Virus record (IMG/VR): IMGVR_UViG_3300009605_000095
Coordinates: 1 to 28,999 of that record
Strand: one strand, 5' to 3'
Source: a virus
Taxonomy: Duplodnaviria; Caudoviricetes
DNA length: 28,999 nucleotides
The notes under the pieces are model-generated. The model saw nothing but the letters and a program-made list of their open reading frames with translations. It was not told the origin of the DNA and made no database searches. Of this stretch, positions 1 to 6,888 are shown one piece after another. The position numbers were made by a program, and so were the translations under genes. How positions within the stretch are numbered: position 1 is the stretch's first letter; each line of letters opens with the position of its first letter.

Positions 1-300
1 CACGCTATTCTTAAAAAAACTGGGCTTCCTACTAAAGCTATTTCCAATGCAGTCTACTCATGTGGATATTGTCATAAGCTTTTCGCTAAAAAACCTACCC
101 GACGTTTTTGTAGAGAATGCTCCTCTTCTTATCTACTAGCTACGTATACCTGTGATGGTTGTGGTAATTCCTTTAAACGAAAACGCTCCCTACAAGAGAT
201 GAAAACGAATTCCCAAGGCCACAAACATATATTTTGTGGTAGACGCTGTTATCATGCATCCCGATTTTTAACTCATCCTGTAGAAAAAAGGTATTTTTGA
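1..300 (+). CDS. 5'-truncated zinc-finger protein (two Cys4 treble-clef/TRASH-like units)
   Basis: Manual translation, frame 1 open from window start to TGA 298-300: ...CGYCHKLF..RRFCREC...TCDGCGNSF...HIFCGRRC. Not in the ORF track because the start lies outside the window. Confidence 0.75.
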   Translation, partial: HAILKKTGLPTKAISNAVYSCGYCHKLFAKKPTRRFCRECSSSYLLATYTCDGCGNSFKRKRSLQEMKTNSQGHKHIFCGRRCYHASRFLTHPVEKRYF

Positions 301-306
301 TATTTA

Positions 307-335
307 TTGACAAAATCAATTAAATGGTTTACACT
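307..335 (+). promoter_or_regulatory. sigma70-type promoter upstream of Hsp20
   Basis: TTGACA (307-312), 17 bp spacer, TACACT (330-335). Confidence 0.8.
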
Positions 336-385
336 TAGTGTCAACTAATCAAGCAAAGATTAGAAAATATATAGGGGTGACAGTT

Positions 386-823
386 ATGTTGGCACGTAGA
401 AACAATAATCAGAGGTACAATCTCCTTCCGTTGATGGCACACTTCTTTCCCGAATATGGGGTTGAGTCATCTTTTTCAGATGAATCACGTAGTTATGTGA
501 TTCCAGTGGATTTAGTTTTCAATGACGAATATGTTACAGTTACAGCGTCACTACCGGGAGTATTGGTGGAGAATGTTGATGTGTCAGTAGAAAATGGAGT
601 TCTGACCATTAGCAACAAGACTGATGTTTTACCCACCGATACGCAAAAGGGGAGTTATGTTCTCAGGGAACGTGTTCAGGGTCTTTCCAGTCGTTCTATC
701 AGGCTACCAAAGGATGCTGATGTAGATAGTGCGGAAGTTTCTCTCAGGGAAGGGGTTTTAACCGTACAATTCAAGAATGGTCATCCACGGCAAGTGAAAT
801 CACTTCCAATTTCTACTAAGTAG
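386..823 (+). CDS. Small heat-shock protein (Hsp20/alpha-crystallin family)
   Basis: Motifs PVDL..., ASLPGV, DVSVENGVLTI, RER..G..SRSIRLP, GVLTV. ATG 386 follows AGGGGTGA and lies downstream of the promoter, so it is preferred over GTG 338. Confidence 0.9.
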   Translation: MLARRNNNQRYNLLPLMAHFFPEYGVESSFSDESRSYVIPVDLVFNDEYVTVTASLPGVLVENVDVSVENGVLTISNKTDVLPTDTQKGSYVLRERVQGLSSRSIRLPKDADVDSAEVSLREGVLTVQFKNGHPRQVKSLPISTK

Positions 824-826
824 AGT

Positions 827-852
827 ATAGGGGGATTTCTCCCCCTATTTTT
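827..852 (+). terminator. Rho-independent terminator after Hsp20
   Basis: Perfect 9-bp stem ATAGGGGGA / TCCCCCTAT, loop TTTC, followed by a T run. Confidence 0.85.
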
Positions 853-855
853 CTA

Positions 856-883
856 TTGACACCTAAATTTTTTATGGTATATT
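856..883 (+). promoter_or_regulatory. sigma70-type promoter driving the candidate ncRNA
   Basis: TTGACA (856-861), 16 bp spacer, extended -10 TGgTATATT (875-883). Confidence 0.75.
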
Positions 884-889
884 GTATCT

Positions 890-1235
890 AAAGGCACTTT
901 AAAAAGCTACTGCACACCCAAAACCCCGACAAGCACCCTGAAATAGTGGGTCACCTAAAACTCTGTGGGGCAGACCTAGACCTAAACAGAGAGGGTAAGT
1001 TGTTTAATAGCAGACCGTGGACGATGGGGAACTGGAGAATAGTAGAGTAATCTACACCTTGGTAAAGCGTCACCGGGGCAAGGCCAGAATTATCTGGATA
1101 ATCCAAAATGAGGCGGTTAAAACCTCAAATTGTTCCCAAAAACCTGATATAGCAGTAGCCTTTTTAAAGGAATATAAACTCTTTGGTTTTTCGTCAGGTT
1201 TTACAGGGGGGAACCTATGGTTAAAACCATATTAC
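890..1235 (+). ncRNA. Candidate large structured non-coding RNA of unknown class
   Basis: Own promoter and terminator; no convincing ORF; 17-bp closing helix 897-913 / 1152-1169 with one bulge; nested helices 961-966/986-991, 1027-1032/1132-1137, 1042-1055 (GUAA tetraloop), 1057-1078, 1084-1097, 1109-1127. Confidence 0.65.
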
Positions 1236-1240
1236 CTTAA

Positions 1241-1294
1241 TTAAAAAACTAGCTACTAATACTCAGTATTGTATTTTGGTAGCTAATTTTTTAA
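1241..1294. terminator. Probable bidirectional intrinsic terminator
   Basis: TTAAAAAA-C-TAGCTACTA ... TGGTAGCTA-A-TTTTTTAA imperfect inverted repeat with A and T tails. Confidence 0.65.
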
Positions 1295-1304
1295 ATTATG
1301 GATA

Positions 1305-1332
1305 TTGACAAAATAGTATTTCAGTTGATACT
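1305..1332 (+). promoter_or_regulatory. sigma70-type promoter for the small-ORF cluster
   Basis: TTGACA (1305-1310), 16 bp spacer, GATACT (1327-1332). Confidence 0.65.
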
Positions 1333-1359
1333 TAAAAATTAGAATTATAGGAACTACAA

Positions 1360-1524
1360 ATGTGGGATAAAAAGAAATGCTGTATATGTAATATAGACTT
1401 TGCATTACATCCTAAAGCCAAGACACTTTATACAAAACAATTATGTATAAAGTGTAGAAATATTAAGTGGACTATTCCAATGTGGAATAATGCTATTATA
1501 TCTGGAAAAAGACCTGTAATATAA
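1360..1524 (+). CDS. Small Cys4 zinc-finger protein (54 aa), not in ORF track
   Basis: MWDKKKCCICNIDF...QLCIKCRNIKW...; AGGA RBS at 1349-1352; stop TAA abuts the next ATG at 1525. Confidence 0.7.
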   Translation: MWDKKKCCICNIDFALHPKAKTLYTKQLCIKCRNIKWTIPMWNNAIISGKRPVI

Positions 1525-1857
1525 ATGAAAGTAGAAGTATATAGAAATTTACACAAGAATTGTTGGTCTATAAGAGACAATAAAACTGGTAGAGTGATAA
1601 GACATTCAAATAATATATCTTTAAAAGATGCTGAACTAGTGGTTAGGAAATCAGGTAGAGAGAAGGTATTATGTGAAAAGAGAAAAAATGTTCATGCTTT
1701 TATAAGAGGTACAATTGAATCTTACTCATACATACATAAGCAACAAATAGTATATAATCCGTACAAATATAAGTCCTTTGTGTTAATCGATTCATCAGAA
1801 CCTTTATTTTATGCAGACCATATTTATTTGAATGAGAAAGGAGAAGTTTGGAAATGA
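1525..1857 (+). CDS. Conserved phage hypothetical protein (VYRNLH..CWS...KRKNVHA type)
   Basis: 110-aa ORF coupled to neighbours; the motif pattern resembles a widespread uncharacterised phage family (recognition only). Confidence 0.8.
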   Translation: MKVEVYRNLHKNCWSIRDNKTGRVIRHSNNISLKDAELVVRKSGREKVLCEKRKNVHAFIRGTIESYSYIHKQQIVYNPYKYKSFVLIDSSEPLFYADHIYLNEKGEVWK

Positions 1858-2303
1858 CAACTGAAAAAAGAAGGGGCAGACCTAAAGGAAGCAAAAATAA
1901 ACCTAAAACATATAATCACGAATCCATTCAGAAAATTAAAGCTACCGTACCTGAAGAGTCTACTATAGTTAAAAAACGTGGAAGACCTCTAACTGAAGAT
2001 AAGAAAAATTTCATTCCTATTGATTCTGATGAAATAACTTTAGATATGTCCATTATCAGTAAACATATGGAAACTGGTGCTAAAAATTACATCAATTTAA
2101 CTAAAAATTTAGAGCTACATCCCTCAGACATCCCTATATTTGCAAGTTCTTATACTAAGTCGTATAATCACTCACCGGGATATGTGATAATAAACCCTAG
2201 AAATTACCATTTAATCTCTCACATAAAGAAAGAATTTCCTGATATTGGGGTAGGTTATTGTAAAGGAACTGCTTTATGGGAGTTGGTGTTTTGTTATAGT
2301 TGA
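1854..2303 (+). CDS. AT-hook DNA-binding protein
   Basis: KRRGRPKGSKNKPK and KKRGRP AT-hook cores; ATG 1854 overlaps the upstream TGA (ATGA) with AAGGAG upstream. Confidence 0.75.
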   Translation: MTTEKRRGRPKGSKNKPKTYNHESIQKIKATVPEESTIVKKRGRPLTEDKKNFIPIDSDEITLDMSIISKHMETGAKNYINLTKNLELHPSDIPIFASSYTKSYNHSPGYVIINPRNYHLISHIKKEFPDIGVGYCKGTALWELVFCYS

Positions 2304-2393
2304 CGTTTGAACCTAACTTCACTACAATATATACTAATTACCTTGCTAGGTAATAATTTTAGCTCACAATGTTTCTCGCTAGGAGACACTATT

Positions 2394-2618
2394 ATGGTAA
2401 ATGCTGGTGATAAATATACCCAATTAAAGTATCGGTGTATGAATTGTGACACACGATTCATAATTTGTACTACAACTCCTGAACTCTGGTCATCAAATTC
2501 AACTACTTGTCCAGATTGTTCTACCATTGGGAACTTTATAATTTGGCGTGAACTCAAAGACGGAGAAATCATTCAGGCTGTGCCGGGTGAAGGGGAATTA
2601 GTTTCTGTATCTGCCTAG
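2394..2618 (+). CDS. Small zinc-ribbon protein (74 aa)
   Basis: YRCMNC...TTCPDC; AGGAG RBS at 2381-2385 favours ATG 2394 over TTG 2307. Confidence 0.7.
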   Translation: MVNAGDKYTQLKYRCMNCDTRFIICTTTPELWSSNSTTCPDCSTIGNFIIWRELKDGEIIQAVPGEGELVSVSA

Positions 2619-2648
2619 TTTAAAAAATATAGTAAGTTTAAGAGTGTA

Positions 2649-2810
2649 ATGAGTAAAATTATTGAATTAACCTGTCCAAAATGTAATGAAAAACGTATGG
2701 GGTCTAAAAGAAATAAATATTCTTCCTCTTCTGTAATTTGCAAGAGATGCTGTCTCCTAAAGTCTAAAAGTGAATTTAAACTGGCTGGATATGGACGAGT
2801 AGCAGAATGA
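2649..2810 (+). CDS. Small Cys4 zinc-finger protein (53 aa), not in ORF track
   Basis: MSKIIELTCPKCNEKR...VICKRCCLLK...GRVAE*. Confidence 0.7.
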   Translation: MSKIIELTCPKCNEKRMGSKRNKYSSSSVICKRCCLLKSKSEFKLAGYGRVAE

Positions 2811-2829
2811 TTAATAAAAATAGAATCTA

Positions 2830-2858
2830 TTGACATATGTATTTTTTTAGTTTAGAAT
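2830..2858 (+). promoter_or_regulatory. sigma70-type promoter for the DUF932 gene
   Basis: TTGACA (2830-2835), 17 bp spacer, TAGAAT (2853-2858). Confidence 0.8.
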
Positions 2859-2892
2859 AATAAAAATAGAATTAGATGAAGGAGAGAAAAAC

Positions 2893-3918
2893 ATGCCAGC
2901 AAATTTAACAGTTAATGACCAAGGCCAAGCGGAGATGTTTTATACTGGGAAAGCCCCGTGGCATCGGATGGGAACTGCGGTTGAACATGCTCTTACAAGT
3001 GCTGATGCTATTACGGCGGCACATATGGATTGGAATGTACTGACCACCCCAATTCTTTATCGAGCTAGTTACACAAATATTCCTCAAGAAGTCCCTAATA
3101 AAGTTGCTGTAATTAGGGAAGATACTGGTGAAGTTTTCACAATTGCTTCTGATAGATATACTCCACTACCCAATAGGCAAGCGTTTGAATTTTTTGACTC
3201 TGTAGTTGGTGCTGGTCAAGCTATTTATCATACGGCTGGTACTATTAACGGTGGTCGTAAATTTTGGATTCTGGCTAAACTGGATGGAGAACTAAAAGTT
3301 ACCAATGAAGATATTCTTCACAAGTACATTTTGCTTGGTTCTTCCCATGATTCATCAATGCCATTATCAATGATGTTTACCACTGTGAGAGTTGTTTGCG
3401 ACAATACGTTTTCCCTAGCACTAAATCTAAACTCTACTGAAAATGAGATTAGATTCACAGCAAAACACACTCCAAATATTTCTCAGAAGGCGGTCAATGC
3501 TAGAAACACATTAGACCTAGCAAATGCTTATTTTGAGGATATGATGGTTGGGGTCAATAATCTAGTGGAACAGGAATGGGATTCATACGATATGCAGAGG
3601 TTTGTATATACCCTGTTTGACCTAGATGCTGAAAAATCAATTGATGAACAGCGTAGGGGTAAATCTTACTCCGCTGATAAAGTACTTAATCTATTCTCCA
3701 CTGGTAGAGGTAATGGATTGACTGGTGTGGCAAATACTAAATGGGCCGCTTTCAATGCTGTCACTGAATTTGCTGACTATAATCGCCCTGTTGGTCATAG
3801 AGTAGATTCTGGCGAAAGCCCTACTCTTGATGTTGCGGATAAGCGTCTAGATGATGCGTGGTACGGGCCGGGAGCCGCTTTGAAGCAAAGGGCTTGGGAT
3901 TTGCTTACTGTAAGGTAA
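2893..3918 (+). CDS. DUF932-family phage/plasmid protein
   Basis: PWHRMG, SDRYTPLPN, HTAG.I.GGR, SHD.S, VRVVCDNT, KHT, TKWAAFNAVTEFADY and K.RA motifs typical of the family; AAGGAG RBS. Confidence 0.85.
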   Translation: MPANLTVNDQGQAEMFYTGKAPWHRMGTAVEHALTSADAITAAHMDWNVLTTPILYRASYTNIPQEVPNKVAVIREDTGEVFTIASDRYTPLPNRQAFEFFDSVVGAGQAIYHTAGTINGGRKFWILAKLDGELKVTNEDILHKYILLGSSHDSSMPLSMMFTTVRVVCDNTFSLALNLNSTENEIRFTAKHTPNISQKAVNARNTLDLANAYFEDMMVGVNNLVEQEWDSYDMQRFVYTLFDLDAEKSIDEQRRGKSYSADKVLNLFSTGRGNGLTGVANTKWAAFNAVTEFADYNRPVGHRVDSGESPTLDVADKRLDDAWYGPGAALKQRAWDLLTVR

Positions 3919-3935
3919 TCTTTTTCCCATGTTCT

Positions 3936-3985
3936 TAGACTCATGGTGTAGGTATAGTTCACCTACACCATGAGTCTATATTTTT
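3936..3985 (+). terminator. Perfect 18-bp hairpin / terminator closing the early region
   Basis: TAGACTCATGGTGTAGGT (3936-3953), 7-nt loop, ACCTACACCATGAGTCTA (3961-3978), then TATTTTT. Confidence 0.8.
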
Positions 3986-4004
3986 GGGGGTATATCACTA
4001 ATAA

Positions 4005-5606
4005 ATGATACAGATTGATTACGATTGCCCACATTTTGTCTTAACCTTTCCATATAATCAATATGACCTTAAAACAGTTCGGGAATTACCATTACGAGAT
4101 TGGGTTAAATCTGATAAAGTTTGGAAAGTACCTCAACTAGCTGTTAAGACACTTGATAAACTTTCTGCTCAATGGACAGACGAAGCCCAAGCTGTAAGAA
4201 AATCTGTTGATGATGGTCTGATAGAGTTGATTGGGTATAAATTTGATGACTCTATTAAAGAACAGAGTGGTTCTCTTCTACGGCCCTATCAACAGATAGG
4301 AGTTAATTTTTTATCTAAGGCTAAAAAAGCACTTCTTGCAGATGAAATGGGATTGGGTAAGTCTCTCCAATCTATTAAAGTGATTGTAGACGCTAAATTG
4401 AACCGTAATCTTATTTTGTGTCCCTCAACACTGAAATTGAATTGGCTTAATGAGTTTGAGAAGCACTTTGGAATCAAGGCTGTGGTTATTTCGGGAACTA
4501 AGAAAAAACGTACTAAACAGTGGTCTAATAAAAAAATACGTTACGTAATCGCTAACTATGATTTGTTGAGACTCGATTGGGAAGTCATTCCGAAAGAGTG
4601 GGATTCTATAATTGCTGATGAGGTTGTTTATCTCAAACACAGTACATCGGCACGAACTAAATTAGCGAAGAAATTACAAAGTCCTATAAGATTAGCTTTA
4701 TCGGGGCTTCCATTGGAGAATAATTTAATGGAGTTCCAGTCTATAATGGAATGGGTTAGGCCCGAAATTGTACCCTCCGCATATAGATTTAAGCATCGAT
4801 ACGGTGTGTGGAATTATGGAGGTAAGTTAATCGGCTATAAAAATTTAGATGAACTCCATATGCTTACCAGTCCCTTTATTTTACGGAGAACAAAAGACCA
4901 AGTTCTACCTGAACTTCCACCGAAAATACATACTGACTTTCCATTGGAGATGACTACGGCAGTCTCTAAAGCCTACGATACTATTAAGAATGATTTTATA
5001 AAGTGGCTGAAGGGCGATGGTAAAGAAGCTTCAAATGTAAGTGTTTTAGAACAAACTATCCGTTTAAGGCAATTTGTTGAATTTCCTGAGAGTGTGGGGT
5101 TCACATCAGTTCCCAATTTAAAATTGGAGTGGGTGAAAGATACGTATCAAAATATACCCAAGATAGTTATTTTTACGTACTTTAAAGAATCTGTTAGATT
5201 ACTCCAAGAAGTCTTTGACGCTCAGTTTATTTTGACAGGGGATACGCCAGTAGAAGAACGATTCGATTTGATTGAGAGGTTTAATGCAGAACCTACTGGT
5301 ATGTTGATTATGACTGATGCTGGACGGTTTGGGCTGAATGTAACGGGTTGCTCGACAGTTATAAATTATGGAAATTATTATAATCCTGCAACGATGGCGC
5401 AACGTGAGGACAGGTTGCATAGATTAGGTCAAACTGATACTGTACATGTACTGAACCCTTATTTAGTAGGTACTGTGGATGAGGGTATAAGAAATATATT
5501 TTTGAAACGGGCTAACGATATTGAGGATTTTATTGAGGGTTCTGAAAGAGTTAGCATAGATAGAATGAATAGAACGGACTATGAAAGACTTGTGGTAGGG
5601 GGTTAG
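4005..5606 (+). CDS. SNF2-family (SF2) helicase/annealing ATPase with N-terminal HARP-like region
   Basis: LRPYQ, LLADEMGLGKS, ICPSTLKLNW, IIADEV, LSGLPLEN, FILRRTK, GLNVT, QREDRLHRLGQ. Confidence 0.92.
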   Translation: MIQIDYDCPHFVLTFPYNQYDLKTVRELPLRDWVKSDKVWKVPQLAVKTLDKLSAQWTDEAQAVRKSVDDGLIELIGYKFDDSIKEQSGSLLRPYQQIGVNFLSKAKKALLADEMGLGKSLQSIKVIVDAKLNRNLILCPSTLKLNWLNEFEKHFGIKAVVISGTKKKRTKQWSNKKIRYVIANYDLLRLDWEVIPKEWDSIIADEVVYLKHSTSARTKLAKKLQSPIRLALSGLPLENNLMEFQSIMEWVRPEIVPSAYRFKHRYGVWNYGGKLIGYKNLDELHMLTSPFILRRTKDQVLPELPPKIHTDFPLEMTTAVSKAYDTIKNDFIKWLKGDGKEASNVSVLEQTIRLRQFVEFPESVGFTSVPNLKLEWVKDTYQNIPKIVIFTYFKESVRLLQEVFDAQFILTGDTPVEERFDLIERFNAEPTGMLIMTDAGRFGLNVTGCSTVINYGNYYNPATMAQREDRLHRLGQTDTVHVLNPYLVGTVDEGIRNIFLKRANDIEDFIEGSERVSIDRMNRTDYERLVVGG

Positions 5607-5607
5607 A

Positions 5608-6120
5608 ATGATATTAAGTGATAGAGACATTAGAATTGCTATAGAGAGCAAAGAGATAGAAATATCCCCTATGCCTTTTGATGATGCGTTTCAACCGTCA
5701 TCTATTGACCTACGATTAGGAGAGGGGTTTCTTTCCATTAATGGCACTACGTTAGGTGATGAGACACTAACTGTGCAACCAAATTCATTTGTTCTTGCGT
5801 CTACCCTAGAAAATATTGAATTGTCTAGTAGTTTAGTTGCCAAATTAGAGGGCAAATCTTCTATCGGGCGAAAAGGTATTTTTGTTCATGTAACGGCTGG
5901 TTATGTTGACCCCGGTTGGAAAGGAAGATTGACTCTTGAGATTTATAATGCTTCCTCTGAACCATATGTCTTACAGAGTGGTAATAAGATTTGTCAGATT
6001 AGATTTATGAGACTCTCTTCACCTGTGGATAGAATGTATGGTGACCCTGCTCTAGAGAGTCATTATCAAAATAGTGAGGGTACACAAGCTTCCTATGCCG
6101 AAAGCAGAAAGAAAAAGTAA
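5608..6120 (+). CDS. dcd: dCTP deaminase
   Basis: MILSDRDI, QPSSIDLRLG, EGKSSIGRKG, TAGYVDPGWKG.LTLE, ICQ, YQ motifs. Confidence 0.92.
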   Translation: MILSDRDIRIAIESKEIEISPMPFDDAFQPSSIDLRLGEGFLSINGTTLGDETLTVQPNSFVLASTLENIELSSSLVAKLEGKSSIGRKGIFVHVTAGYVDPGWKGRLTLEIYNASSEPYVLQSGNKICQIRFMRLSSPVDRMYGDPALESHYQNSEGTQASYAESRKKK

Positions 6121-6541
6121 AGCTAAATCTCCAGATAAGTTTACCTCTAGGGATGTATTTGATTATTGGGGCGAGTGTTACGAAAAGTATTTTTCAACTA
6201 GTTATAATCCGCATGGATTTATTGGTCATGAGTTACAGCAATTAAAAGAAGCTATTGCTTTATATGAGGTATATCCTGTACTATTAGCAATAGAATCTGG
6301 TGTATTAAATGGAGAATCTTCTTTGGTATATTTTCTATCTCGATTAGAGGATTATATCCCATCTACTGAATACCCTAAATTACATTATTGGGTTCGGAGG
6401 AAAGGTGGTGTAGAGCAAAAAGACATATTGATGGATTTAATTTTGTTAGAATCTCGTTGGATTCCAGACCCATTGGATACTCGTAGAAAACAAGAGTTAG
6501 CTGAATCCTTAAATTCTTGGGTGGAGAAAATTACGTTATGA
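6095..6541 (+). CDS. Hypothetical protein in the replication module
   Basis: Long ORF overlapping both neighbours; ATG 6095 preferred to GTG 6074; no recognised motif. Confidence 0.7.
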   Translation: MPKAERKSKAKSPDKFTSRDVFDYWGECYEKYFSTSYNPHGFIGHELQQLKEAIALYEVYPVLLAIESGVLNGESSLVYFLSRLEDYIPSTEYPKLHYWVRRKGGVEQKDILMDLILLESRWIPDPLDTRRKQELAESLNSWVEKITL

Positions 6542-6873
6542 AGAAAATTGTGAAGCCGATTGAGTTGGTTATACCGTGGCTACCAAAAGGTATAGATGCG
6601 ATTACGTTATGGCCTTTTATTTTTTATCGCAAGGGTCAGGCTGAGAATATGGCATTGCGAAGCCACGAATATTTTCATTGGTATCATGCTACTAAATTTG
6701 GGGTTGTGCCTTGGTATCTCACGTATGCATTTTTGATGCTTGTTTATTGGGGTAAGCCAAGTTCATCCCATCCTCTAGAAAAACCAGCTTATGCTGAACA
6801 ACGTGAAGTTGAGCAATTAATTAAGTCTCACAAAAAGACCAGTGATTATTTAGAGAATAAATATTTTATCTAA
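6538..6873 (+). CDS. Small HExxH zincin-like metallopeptidase with a hydrophobic segment
   Basis: AITLWPFIF, LRSHEYFH (HExxH), hydrophobic helix, downstream PLEKPAY (third-ligand Glu pattern); ATG 6538 overlaps the upstream TGA. Confidence 0.7.
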   Translation: MKKIVKPIELVIPWLPKGIDAITLWPFIFYRKGQAENMALRSHEYFHWYHATKFGVVPWYLTYAFLMLVYWGKPSSSHPLEKPAYAEQREVEQLIKSHKKTSDYLENKYFI

Positions 6874-6888
6874 TATGAGAGTGAAGAA

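Noticed and set aside
890-1235. Identification of the structured RNA as group I intron, tmRNA, RNase P, SRP or 6S RNA
   Set aside because: Only a partial GATATAG resemblance to the group I S element; no convincing P7 partner, no interrupted host gene, no tRNA-like ends and no RNase P or SRP consensus.
1017-1244. 75-aa ORF in the track
   Set aside because: GTG start without a Shine-Dalgarno, no recognisable motif, and it overlaps a densely base-paired region better explained as ncRNA; not formally excluded.
2337-2354. Small hairpin ATTACCT-TGCT-AGGTAAT
   Set aside because: 7-bp AT-rich stem without a clear U tract; could be chance.
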